Assembly: GCA_034520665.1 (NCBI GenBank) | Contig: JAXHNJ010000001.1 | Span: forward strand, 130,579-194,578 | Reading direction: 5' to 3' | Length of the DNA: 64,000 nt | Origin: Patescibacteria group bacterium | GTDB lineage: Bacteria > Patescibacteriota > Patescibacteriia > JAXHNJ01 | Shown here: positions 54,827-63,418 of the stretch, in pieces | Layout of the letters: the number at the start of each line of letters is the position of its first letter | How positions within the stretch are numbered: the stretch's first letter is position 1 | The notes under the pieces: generated by a model | What the model was told of the DNA's origin: nothing | The model's database searches: none | Seen by the model: only the letters and a program-made list of their open reading frames with translations | Translations under genes and position numbers: made by a program

Positions 54827-55855
54827 ATGACTGGTTATATCTTAGAAAAAATTTATTTTGAGCACCAGGCTGGGGTAAACCATCCGGAGAGCCCAGCTCG
54901 GCTTGAAGCCATTCTAGAAGCGATTAAAAAAGTTAAGGGGCTGAAAAAAGTCAAAGCCCGGGCCGCTAGTCCCGAAGAAATTTGTTTTGTTCACACAAAG
55001 GATTATTTTGATAAAATAAAAATTACGCGGGAAAATAAATTTACTTCACTTGATCCGGATACAGGCACTAATGATAAATCATTTGAAGCGGCTCTTTATG
55101 CGGCTGGCGGAGTATTGAGTTTGATTGATTCAGTTTTTAAAAAAGAAATTGACAATGGCTTTGCTTTTGTCCGGCCGCCGGGCCATCACGCCGAGAAAGA
55201 CCGGGCCCGGGGTTTTTGCCTGTTTAATAATATTGCCATTGGCGCTTCTTATGCTTTGGAGAGGTATAATTTAAGCCGGATATTAATACTGGACTTGGAT
55301 TTGCATCACGGTAACGGCACCCAGCAGGCTTTTTATAAGACTGATAAAGTCATGTATATTTCAGCCCATCAATACCCTTATTTTCCGGGTAGTGGTTATT
55401 TTGATGAAGTTGGAGAGAGTAAAGGGAAGGGCTATAATATTAATTTTCCCTTGAATATTGGCCAGGGGGATAATTTTTATCATCATCTTTTAGATAGAAT
55501 TATTAAACCAATAGTTAATCAATATGCTCCAGAATTAATTCTAGTTTCTTTTGGCTTTGATACTTACGGGGGTGATCCATTAGGTGGTATGAAATTAACA
55601 ACTAAGGGTTATAGAAATATGACCAGACAAATCTTAGAAATGGCGGATGAAAATTGCCAGGGCAGATTAATTTATATTTTAGAAGGTGGCTATAATAAAG
55701 AGGGTATTAAAGAAGGGACCAAAGCAGTCTTACAAAGTTTAAAAGGAAAGCCAGTTAAAGAGGGAATTTCAAAGCAGCAAAAGAATAAAGAATTTTGGCA
55801 ATATTATGAGGAAATCAAAAAATATTACGAAAAATACGGCTTTAATATTTGTTGA
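54827..55855 (+). CDS. Histone deacetylase family protein (AcuC/HDAC class, arginase-deacetylase fold)
   Basis: FAFVRPPGHHAE...GFCLFNNIAIGA...ILDLDLHHGNGTQ...ISAHQYPYFPGSG are HDAC catalytic motifs. Confidence 0.85.
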   Translation: MTGYILEKIYFEHQAGVNHPESPARLEAILEAIKKVKGLKKVKARAASPEEICFVHTKDYFDKIKITRENKFTSLDPDTGTNDKSFEAALYAAGGVLSLIDSVFKKEIDNGFAFVRPPGHHAEKDRARGFCLFNNIAIGASYALERYNLSRILILDLDLHHGNGTQQAFYKTDKVMYISAHQYPYFPGSGYFDEVGESKGKGYNINFPLNIGQGDNFYHHLLDRIIKPIVNQYAPELILVSFGFDTYGGDPLGGMKLTTKGYRNMTRQILEMADENCQGRLIYILEGGYNKEGIKEGTKAVLQSLKGKPVKEGISKQQKNKEFWQYYEEIKKYYEKYGFNIC

Positions 55856-55901
55856 ATAGCCGGAAAATTAGTATAATAAAATAATAATCTTAATTTTTAT
55901 T

Positions 55902-56324
55902 ATGAAAAAAACATTATTTTTAGTTTTGGTATTAGCTCTTATTTTAGTTCTTCCGGGCTGTGTTCAACCTAATAAAAAAGGCCAGTATACTGAATTTATC
56001 CGGCGAGAGGGGAGTCTGGCTAGTGAAAATGATATTATTGACAATAGCGTGCCTGTTTATGGAGTTTTTCCTTCTGAAATTTCTGTCAAGGGTGAGGAAA
56101 GAATTAGAATATATGGAGCTAATTTTGAGGCAAATTCTAAAGCTTTTATTAATCGACCGCAATTTACTCTTGAAACTATTTATTTAAACCCCGGACTTTT
56201 GGAAGTTTGGATGCCGTCTTATCATCAAGGTATGTATAAATTGGGGGTAGTAAATCAAGACGGAACATACGGATATTGGTCAAGATTATTTAGGTATCTA
56301 AAAGAAGATGAAGGCAGTAATTAG
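55902..56324 (+). CDS. Hypothetical lipoprotein (lipobox LPGC)
   Basis: MKKTLFLVLVLALILVLPGCVQP.... Confidence 0.5.
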   Translation: MKKTLFLVLVLALILVLPGCVQPNKKGQYTEFIRREGSLASENDIIDNSVPVYGVFPSEISVKGEERIRIYGANFEANSKAFINRPQFTLETIYLNPGLLEVWMPSYHQGMYKLGVVNQDGTYGYWSRLFRYLKEDEGSN

Positions 56325-57207
56325 AGTAGAAAATTTAACCAAAACTTTTAATCGCGGCCAAATTAGAGCGGTTGATAATCTTAATTTAGAAGTATTTCAA
56401 GGAGAAATATTTGGTTTTTTAGGACCCAATGGCGCTGGCAAGACCACTACTATTAGGATTCTAATGGATTTTATTTCACCGACCTCAGGCCGTGCTAGCA
56501 TTTTTGGTATGGATTGCCAAAAACAGGGATTGAAAATAAAAAAAGATATTGGTTATTTGGCTGGTGATGTTAAGCTTTATGAAAAATATGACGGCTGGTA
56601 CCTGACTAAATTTTTGGCTAACTTAAACGGCGGCCTGTATAAAAAATGGGTAGAGGAACTGGTCCAACGTTTAGAAATTGATATGGACCGAAAGATTGAC
56701 GATTTATCCAAGGGCAATAAACAAAAAATGGGTCTTTTACAAGCCTTATCTCAAAAGCCTAAACTTTTAATTTTAGATGAACCAACTGGCGGACTAGATC
56801 CTTTAATGCAAATTGAGTTTTATAAAATTGTTAAAGAAATGAAAAAAGAGGGGACCACTATATTTATGTCCTCACATGTATTATCGGAAGTAGAAAAGAT
56901 CTGTGATCGAGCCGCTATATTAAAAGATGGCAAACTGGCGGCTGTTAAGAGTGTAGAGGAATTGGGCAAGGCTAAAACCAGGAGGGTTAATTTATATTTT
57001 AAAGATAAATACAATTTAAATGATTTTAAGCTGGATAAAATTGAAATTAAACATCAGAGCGAGAAGCACTTGCAGCTAGTTATTCACGGCGATATAAATC
57101 CTTTAATTAATGTTTTAAATAAATATCAGCTTCAGGATATCACCTTTAATGAAGCTGATTTGGAAGAAGTTTTTTTAAAGTTTTATCAAAGAGAAGAAAA
57201 AAAATGA
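56308..57207 (+). CDS. ABC transporter ATP-binding protein (ABC-2/DrrA-like)
   Basis: GFLGPNGAGKTTTIRIL (Walker A), LSKGNKQKMGL (signature), LLILDEPTGGLD (Walker B). Confidence 0.9.
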   Translation: MKAVIRVENLTKTFNRGQIRAVDNLNLEVFQGEIFGFLGPNGAGKTTTIRILMDFISPTSGRASIFGMDCQKQGLKIKKDIGYLAGDVKLYEKYDGWYLTKFLANLNGGLYKKWVEELVQRLEIDMDRKIDDLSKGNKQKMGLLQALSQKPKLLILDEPTGGLDPLMQIEFYKIVKEMKKEGTTIFMSSHVLSEVEKICDRAAILKDGKLAAVKSVEELGKAKTRRVNLYFKDKYNLNDFKLDKIEIKHQSEKHLQLVIHGDINPLINVLNKYQLQDITFNEADLEEVFLKFYQREEKK

Positions 57208-58013
57208 TAACTCTAATAAAAAAGGTATTAAAGGACAATAAAAGAAGCCTAATTGGCTATGGTCTCGGGCTTTTAATTTACAGTTTATTAATGGCCGCTA
57301 TTTATCCCACCTTTGTAAAATCTGGTTTTGATATTGAGGGCTATATTGAAAATTTTCCCGAAGCTTTTATGAAAGCCTTTGGCATAAACCTCGAGGGCGG
57401 CTTTAGTTTTACCAGTTATATTGGTATGGAATATCTGAATTTAATGTGGATTATTATTGTCTTATTTTTCATTGTTTATTTTGCCGCGCGTATAATTGCC
57501 TCGACTGTGGATGACGGTACTATTGAGCTTTTATTATCACGACCCATTAGTCGGATAAAAGTAGCTTTAAGTTATATTATTGTTTTTATTTTAGGGGTTA
57601 TAATTTTGGAGGGTGTAACTATTCTTGGCTTTTGGTTACCGACTTTTTGGGAGGAAACCTTGATTATTGAGTGGGGCAATTTGATCAATACTATGTTCAT
57701 GCTGCTTTTATTTTCGTTGGCTATTTTCGGTTATTCATTTTTCTTTTCTTCTCTTTTTTCTTCTAAAGGTAAAGTTATTGGTTTTGGGGCCGGGTTGACC
57801 TTGGCATTTTATGTTATGAATTTTGTCGCTTTGTACTGGGAAAGCGTGGCCTGGTTAAAGCACTTTACTTTATTTTATTATTACCGGGGCGCTGATTTAT
57901 TATCCGGTCAGTCAATTATATTAACCGACGCTTTGGTTTTTCTGGGAGTTTTTCTAGTCTTTACTTTAGGTGGATTGTGGTATTTTAAGCAAAGGGATAT
58001 TTGTGTTAAATAA
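57204..58013 (+). CDS. ABC-2 type transporter permease
   Basis: Six hydrophobic helices. Overlaps the ATPase gene by 4 nt. Confidence 0.6.
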   Translation: MITLIKKVLKDNKRSLIGYGLGLLIYSLLMAAIYPTFVKSGFDIEGYIENFPEAFMKAFGINLEGGFSFTSYIGMEYLNLMWIIIVLFFIVYFAARIIASTVDDGTIELLLSRPISRIKVALSYIIVFILGVIILEGVTILGFWLPTFWEETLIIEWGNLINTMFMLLLFSLAIFGYSFFFSSLFSSKGKVIGFGAGLTLAFYVMNFVALYWESVAWLKHFTLFYYYRGADLLSGQSIILTDALVFLGVFLVFTLGGLWYFKQRDICVK

Positions 58014-58097
58014 GAATATTTAAATAAATAATTGAATGAAAAGAAACCGCTGAATCGGCTTTAAAAAAGTATTTAAAAAAAATAGTTATATTTCTTA

Positions 58098-58440
58098 ACC
58101 ACTTTCCTGCCCGACAACGGCTTCGCCGTTAGGCGAAGACAGGCGGGAGTGGCGTACTGTAGTAATCCTTAACAAAGAACCTTGTTCACAAATTCAATCA
58201 TACGCGACTAAAGTCGCTAGGAAATATCTTATAGTATTTCTTTATAGAATTTCTTAGCCACTTCAGTGGCGTACTGTAGTAATCCTTAGCAAAAAAATAC
58301 CTTGTTCACAAATTCAATCATACGCGACTAAAGTCGCTAGGAAATATCTTATAGTATTTCTTTATAGAATTTCTTAGCCACTTTCCTGCCCGACAACGGC
58401 TTCGCCGTTAGGCGAAGACAGGCGGGAGTGGCGTACTGTA
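58098..58440. repeat. Complex tandem repeat array upstream of RAYT-like gene 58478: outer unit ccactttcctgcccgacaacggcttcgccgttaggcgaagacaggcgggagtggcgtactgta (x2) bracketing two ~120-bp tandem units (...cttgttcacaaattcaatcatacgcgactaaagtcgctaggaaatatcttatagtatttctttatagaatttcttagccacttcagtggcgtactgtagtaatcctta...)
   Basis: Identical and near-identical copies seen directly. Units contain the small palindromes ccacttcagtgg, gcgactaaagtcgc and cttcgccgttaggcgaag. Confidence 0.8.
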
Positions 58441-58477
58441 ATTTAAATAAATAATATTAAAATTAATTTAAATTATC

Positions 58478-59014
58478 ATGTCTAGATATTTTGTCGATAA
58501 ATCATATTATTTTGTTACTGTACCAACAAATAAAAGGTATCACTTCTTTAATAGTAATACTAAAAAGAAAATAATTCTGGATCAGATAAACAGAGTATGT
58601 AATGCTTATAATTTAAAAGAATTTAATTTTGGTATTATCTCTAATCATTACCATTTTGTGGCTTATTTTAAAGAAGGAAGTATTATGCCAAAAATATTAA
58701 AGCAAATTAATGGTCGAAGTTCTTATGAATTAAATAAATTGACTGATAATAAGAAAGAAGTGTGGGGAGAATATTACATATATTTAATTGAAGATGATGT
58801 TTTGTTAGCAAAAGCACTCGGTTATGTAGTGGGCAATCCTTTAAAGCATAAAGAAATTAAATCGTTTAAAGAATTAGAAAAATATCCTTTTTCCAGTTAT
58901 AAATCACTTATTAAAAGAATGGATAAAAAGGATGTTAATCAATATATCCGATCTGTTATTAATATAAGGGAAAATGATTTTACCGCAAGTAATTTTAAAG
59001 TTAGATGTGAATAA
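58478..59014 (+). CDS. IS200/RAYT-like HuH tyrosine transposase homolog (divergent), flanked by REP-like repeat arrays
   Basis: YFVTVPTN...IISNHYHFVAYF (HuH-like), ...ALGYVVGNPLKH. Both flanks (58098-58440 and 59030-59270) carry the same repeat family. Confidence 0.5.
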   Translation: MSRYFVDKSYYFVTVPTNKRYHFFNSNTKKKIILDQINRVCNAYNLKEFNFGIISNHYHFVAYFKEGSIMPKILKQINGRSSYELNKLTDNKKEVWGEYYIYLIEDDVLLAKALGYVVGNPLKHKEIKSFKELEKYPFSSYKSLIKRMDKKDVNQYIRSVINIRENDFTASNFKVRCE

Positions 59015-59029
59015 ATTTATGATGAAATA

Positions 59030-59270
59030 TCTTATAGTATTTCTTAGCCACTTCAGTGGCGTACTGCTATTTCGCAAGCAAGGTTTATACTTTATAATTA
59101 TATTCAGGACAACGCGACTAAAGTCGCTAGGAAATATCTTATAGTATTTCTTTATAGTATTTCTTAGCCATTTCAGTGGCGTACTGTAGTAATCCTTAGC
59201 AAAAAAATACCTTACTCACAAATTCAATCATACGCGACTAAAGTGGTTAGGAAATATTAGGAAATTAAAC
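59030..59270. repeat. Downstream repeat array of the same family (tagccacttcagtggcgtactg..., cgcgactaaagtcgctaggaaatatcttatagtatttc..., x2)
   Basis: Sequence identity to 58170-58380 seen directly. Confidence 0.8.
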
Positions 59271-59357
59271 CGGATTATATTATTTCTGATTTAAGAAAAG
59301 TTTTAAGAGAGTTGAATTTATAAAAAAATTAATTATCATTTGTTTAAAGCCTTAATT

Positions 59358-59387
59358 TTGCCTTTTTAGGCGGTTTTATGGTAGAAT
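59358..59387 (+). promoter_or_regulatory. Sigma70-like promoter with extended -10 (TTGCCT, 18 nt spacer, tggTAGAAT) for the histone-like gene
   Basis: About 90 nt upstream of ATG 59476. The gene has a strong RBS aaaggaggtg. Confidence 0.4.
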
Positions 59388-59475
59388 ATCATTAAATAGC
59401 CCTAAAGTAGGGATTATCCACATTATTGAAAACATTAATAATTAGCTAATATAAGCAAAGAAAGGAGGTGTCATC

Positions 59476-59649
59476 ATGGCAAATCTCGTAGTTGGTTCAA
59501 AAGTTAAAGAAGCTATTAAAGCTAAAGGCTGTCATACTTCTGGCGAATTAATTGATGCTTTAGATCAAAAAGTAGCTTCCTTATTAAATGATGCTTGTGA
59601 ACGTACACAAGCTAACAAAAGAAGCACTGTTAAACCTCAAGATCTCTAA
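59476..59649 (+). CDS. Bacterial histone-fold protein (DUF1931 / Bdellovibrio HBb-like singlet histone), 57 aa; not in the supplied ORF track
   Basis: MANLVVGSKVKEAIKAKGCHTSGELIDALDQKVASLLNDACERTQANKRSTVKPQDL follows the LVV.SKVK..IK.KG..TS.E.ID.L.....L.....A...R.TV...D pattern of bacterial histone-fold proteins. Perfect RBS (aaaggagg 6 nt before ATG). Hairpin plus T-run downstream. Confidence 0.6.
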   Translation: MANLVVGSKVKEAIKAKGCHTSGELIDALDQKVASLLNDACERTQANKRSTVKPQDL

Positions 59650-59841
59650 AATTTTTGTAAAAAACCTACCTTAATCGTAATTTAGCAAGGCCAGTACTTA
59701 ACATCTTAAGGGACTTTGCTACCTAATATAAAAAGGGTAGGTTTTTTAGTTGAAAAAATTATATTTTTAGTTTAGAATTTAATTATTAGGCAATATTATA
59801 TTGATACCTTATTTTCTTAAATTGAAAGAAGGGAGGGATTT

Positions 59842-60051
59842 ATGCCGGGTTTTCAATTCATAGTGCCTTGTGACAAATGCGAGAGCGTTATAAATTGTAT
59901 TGAGAAAGAACTGGCCGGCAAACTGCGAGATGATCAGAAACTGGAATGCACTAAAGGCCCCTTTGGGGTAATCGTCCGAGGCATCGATGAAGAGCAACTA
60001 GTCCATCTTAGAGGAATTTCTGGTATATTTTCGGTGCAGTATGTGGCCTAA
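59842..60051 (+). CDS. Hypothetical small protein
   Basis: 69 aa with strong RBS aagggagggatttATG. Followed 40 nt later by a clean terminator. Confidence 0.45.
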   Translation: MPGFQFIVPCDKCESVINCIEKELAGKLRDDQKLECTKGPFGVIVRGIDEEQLVHLRGISGIFSVQYVA

Positions 60052-60089
60052 AAAAGAGGAGGATAAATTTAGATCTTTGTTACTTATTC

Positions 60090-60117
60090 GGGCTCCAGAT
60101 TTGGAGCCCTTTTTTTA
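60090..60117 (+). terminator. Rho-independent terminator (gggctccag-at-ttggagccc, then tttttttaa)
   Basis: Perfect 9-bp stem plus a T-tract. Confidence 0.7.
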
Positions 60118-60184
60118 ATTTGACTAGTTTATTTTATTTTGATAATCTATGATGATAATTTAACCGCTCTTTACAATTTATTTT

Positions 60185-60979
60185 TTGGAGGAAAAAATGA
60201 AAAAGCTGAAGGTTCTATTAATTGATATTGATAATTTTCTTGAAACCCAAATACTGAAGTGGGTATTTTTAAGGAAAGGCATCCAAGTAGTCAGGCCCGA
60301 TAGCCAAAAAGAGCTATTGGAAAATTTTCCTTATGATTTAAGGAAATGGGAATTCAGACCTGATTTTGTTCTGGTGACTTATTATAATTTTTCCCAGCTG
60401 ACCTGGCTGATCAGCTATCTGAGAAATATTGAGTCAATTGGCATTAGGGTCGTAAATTCGACTGAAAACATTGAGTTGTTTACTGATTATTTACGGCGCA
60501 GCCAGATCCTTTCTCAAAAGGGATATCAAATTCCAAATTTTTATCACGGTTGTTCTTCTAAAATTCCTGAGCATTTAGGAAAGATGGTGGTTTGCAAGAC
60601 TTTGAAAGAGCATCAGACTTTTCTTTGTCCGAGGACGGGCATCCATTCCCTTAATAGTCCGATTTTTGTCGAGTCCTGTATTGCTAATCCAAAGAAAAAA
60701 ATTCTTACTATTTATTACGTGGATGGCCTGATTTGGGCTCGTTGGAAAGAAGATGCTCTGCAGACTAAGAAAAGAAACAGAGAACTAATCACTGATTTAT
60801 CTGGCTTTGCCGAAGAAAAGAAAATCGTAGGTAAAATAGCCCAGGATTTCGGCTTAGTTTTTTTTAATGTCGAGTTTGTTGAGGGTTATGTAATTGATGT
60901 TAATACCATTGCTAACCTTTTTTATTCCCAACATCTCCAGCCCCTTGAAGCTTTAGCTGACTGGTTTTTAAATCAGTAG
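60185..60979 (+). CDS. Hypothetical protein with weak ATP-grasp (RimK-like) resemblance
   Basis: ...GKMVVCKTLKEHQTF... (a KP-loop-like region) and ...VFFNVEFVEGYVIDVNTIANL (C-terminal ATP-grasp-like strand pair). This is a weak, pattern-level call. Confidence 0.35.
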   Translation: MEEKMKKLKVLLIDIDNFLETQILKWVFLRKGIQVVRPDSQKELLENFPYDLRKWEFRPDFVLVTYYNFSQLTWLISYLRNIESIGIRVVNSTENIELFTDYLRRSQILSQKGYQIPNFYHGCSSKIPEHLGKMVVCKTLKEHQTFLCPRTGIHSLNSPIFVESCIANPKKKILTIYYVDGLIWARWKEDALQTKKRNRELITDLSGFAEEKKIVGKIAQDFGLVFFNVEFVEGYVIDVNTIANLFYSQHLQPLEALADWFLNQ

Positions 60980-60993
60980 GTCTGGGAAGTATG

Positions 60994-61021
60994 AAGCGAG
61001 AATTCAATTCTCGCTTCTTTT
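60994..61021 (+). terminator. Rho-independent terminator (gaagcgagaat-t-caattctcgcttc, then ttttat)
   Basis: Perfect 11-bp stem plus a T-tract immediately after the 60979 stop. Confidence 0.7.
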
Positions 61022-61039
61022 ATGTTAAAATAAAATAAT

Positions 61040-61651
61040 ATGAAATATAAAGCAGTGATTTTTGATAACGTCGGGGTGATTCTTAATGAAAACCACAAGA
61101 ACTGGTCCAAAAGAATTGCCGAATATTATAATTTACCATTTGATAGTATTTATCAGAGTTACTCACGCCAGAAAGCCTGGCAGCTTTTTAAGAGAGGAAA
61201 AATATCTGAAACTGAATTTTGGCAACAAGGAAACAAAAAATTAGGAAAGAAACTTGACCTGAAAATATTAAAAAAAATGGCCCGGCGTGCGAGAAGGCCA
61301 AGAAAGCTGGTGGTAAAATTAATAAAAAAATTAAAGAATAATTATGTTCTTGGTTTATTAAATAACGAGGGCCGGGAATGGGATAATTACTCCTTTCAGA
61401 AAAATTCTTTTTATTCATTGTTTGATATTCATCTGGCTTCTTATCATTTTGGAGTAGCCAAGCCAAAAGAAAGGATATATAAAATTTTAATAAAGAAATT
61501 AAAAAAATATAATATTAAGCCAGAAGAAACGGTTTATATTGATGATTATTTAGAAAATTTAAAATCCGCCAAAAAACTAGGTTTTGTCACCATTCACTAT
61601 AAAAGTTATAATGAATTGTATAAATCGCTAAAAAAATTACAAATTATATAA
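61040..61651 (+). CDS. HAD-superfamily hydrolase (subfamily IA-like)
   Basis: KAVIFDNVGVIL (motif I DxD-like FDxxG) and the C-terminal YIDDYLENLKSAKKLGF (motif IV DD). Confidence 0.7.
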   Translation: MKYKAVIFDNVGVILNENHKNWSKRIAEYYNLPFDSIYQSYSRQKAWQLFKRGKISETEFWQQGNKKLGKKLDLKILKKMARRARRPRKLVVKLIKKLKNNYVLGLLNNEGREWDNYSFQKNSFYSLFDIHLASYHFGVAKPKERIYKILIKKLKKYNIKPEETVYIDDYLENLKSAKKLGFVTIHYKSYNELYKSLKKLQII

Positions 61652-62698
61652 ATGTATAAAACCAAAGTAATAAAAATAGGTCATAAAAAGATAGGCGGAA
61701 ACAATCCGGTTTTAGTCCAGTCAATGTGCAACACGGATACTCGCGATATTAAAGCCACTGTCAAGCAAATTAAAGAGCTGGAAAAAATGGGCTGTGAAAT
61801 TATCCGGGTGGCGGTTTTGGATATGAAAGCGGCTCGGGCCATTAAAAAAATAAAAAAGCAAATAAATATTCCTTTAGTGGCTGATATTCATTTTGATTAT
61901 CGCTTAGCTATTGAATCAGTCAAACAGGGAGCCGATAAAATTAGAATTAACCCGGGTAATATAGGCAGTCTGGAAAATTTAAGGAAAGTGGTTAAGGCTT
62001 GCCAAAATAAAAAAATACCGATTCGGGTGGGGGTAAATTCAGGTTCGCTTGAGCAAGATGTTTTAAAAAAATACAAAATGCGGGTTACGCCTCAAGGCCT
62101 GGTTGATTCAGCTTTAAAAAATATTAAACTTCTAGAAAAAATGAATTTTAGAAATATGGTGGTTTCTATTAAATCTACTAATGTGGCTCATACAATCAAG
62201 GCCTATGAAATGATAGCCAGAAAAATTAGTTACCCGCTTCATTTGGGAGTGACTGAGGCCGGTCCGCCTAGTGTTGGTATTATTAAATCTTCAATTGGTA
62301 TCGGTGCTTTATTAGCCCAGGGAATAGGGGATACTATCCGAGTTTCCTTGACTGGAGATTCAGCTGAAGAGGTCCGAGTCGGCTGGGAAATATTAAAATC
62401 ATTGAAGCTGAGAAAAAAAGGAGTGGAAATAATTTCTTGCCCCACTTGCGGCCGTACCCAAATAGATTTACCTAAGTTAGTCAATCAGGTTGAAAAAGCT
62501 CTTAAAGATATTAAAAAAGAAATAACAGTAGCTGTTATGGGCTGCGCGGTCAACGGCCCGGGCGAAGCCAGGGAAGCCGATATTGGAGTAGCCGGTGGTA
62601 AAAAAACAGGTATAATTTTTCGCCGAGGAAAAGTTATCAAAACAGTTAAAGAAAAAGATATATTAAAAGAGCTTTTAAAAGAAATTAAAAAATTATAA
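61652..62698 (+). CDS. ispG: 4-hydroxy-3-methylbut-2-en-1-yl diphosphate synthase (IspG/GcpE), MEP pathway
   Basis: ...VQSMCNTDTRD...IIRVAV...IRINPGNIG...ISCPTCGRT...MGCAVNGPGEA are IspG TIM-barrel and 4Fe-4S Cys motifs. Confidence 0.9.
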   Translation: MYKTKVIKIGHKKIGGNNPVLVQSMCNTDTRDIKATVKQIKELEKMGCEIIRVAVLDMKAARAIKKIKKQINIPLVADIHFDYRLAIESVKQGADKIRINPGNIGSLENLRKVVKACQNKKIPIRVGVNSGSLEQDVLKKYKMRVTPQGLVDSALKNIKLLEKMNFRNMVVSIKSTNVAHTIKAYEMIARKISYPLHLGVTEAGPPSVGIIKSSIGIGALLAQGIGDTIRVSLTGDSAEEVRVGWEILKSLKLRKKGVEIISCPTCGRTQIDLPKLVNQVEKALKDIKKEITVAVMGCAVNGPGEAREADIGVAGGKKTGIIFRRGKVIKTVKEKDILKELLKEIKKL

Positions 62699-62699
62699 T

Positions 62700-63416
62700 A
62701 TGTCTAGGAATTTGATTATATGGCTAATAATTTTAATAGTAATAATAATTGGTTTTATTTATTTATGGCTTAATCAGGATGAAGTATTAAAAGATGAGAA
62801 TAAAAATATGAATCTAAGTAATAAAGAAACAATTAAATTACCTGAACCAAGAAAGGATTCAGAAGTTTCTCTGGAAGCAGCTATTAATAAGCGTAGTTCG
62901 GTGCGAGAATATTCTGATCAAGAAATAAGTTTAAAAGATTTATCCCAAATTCTCTGGGCCGCTAATGGGACTAATGAAAAAGGCAGCCGCACGGCTCCTT
63001 CAGCCGGAGCTTTATACCCTATAGAACTTTATGTAGTGGGAAAGTTTGAAAATTATGCGGCTGGTATTTATCATTACCAAACGCCAAATCACACTTTAGA
63101 AAAAATAAAAGAAGGTGATTTTTTGTCCGAACTTTCAGAAATTAGTCTAGATCAACAATGGATTAGAAAAGCACCTTTAAATATAGTGGTCACGGGGGTA
63201 GTCAGTCGGACGGCTGAAAAGTACCGGGAGAGAGCAGAGCAGTATGTCGCTTTAGAAGCCGGGCCTGTGGGGCAGAATATTTATCTGCAAGTATCGGCTT
63301 TAAATTTAGGTACGGTTTCAGTAGGAGCTTTGCATGATGATCAAATGTCAGATTTTTTAGATTTTGAACCTAGCCAAAAAGCTTATTATATTTTTCCCAT
63401 TGGAGGACTTAAGTAA
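62700..63416 (+). CDS. Nitroreductase-family protein (SagB/ThcOx-type dehydrogenase-like) with an N-terminal TM helix
   Basis: RSSVREYS...LSQILWAANGT...SAGALYPIELYVV...GIYHY are nitroreductase-fold FMN-binding motifs. Confidence 0.7.
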   Translation: MSRNLIIWLIILIVIIIGFIYLWLNQDEVLKDENKNMNLSNKETIKLPEPRKDSEVSLEAAINKRSSVREYSDQEISLKDLSQILWAANGTNEKGSRTAPSAGALYPIELYVVGKFENYAAGIYHYQTPNHTLEKIKEGDFLSELSEISLDQQWIRKAPLNIVVTGVVSRTAEKYRERAEQYVALEAGPVGQNIYLQVSALNLGTVSVGALHDDQMSDFLDFEPSQKAYYIFPIGGLK

Positions 63417-63418
63417 AT

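Noticed and set aside
58098-59270. Possible CRISPR array (regularly repeated units near a small gene)
   Set aside because: The repeat units are ~63-120 bp and tandem, without unique spacers of uniform length, and no cas genes are present. They flank a RAYT-like transposase on both sides, which fits REP/BIME-type repeats.
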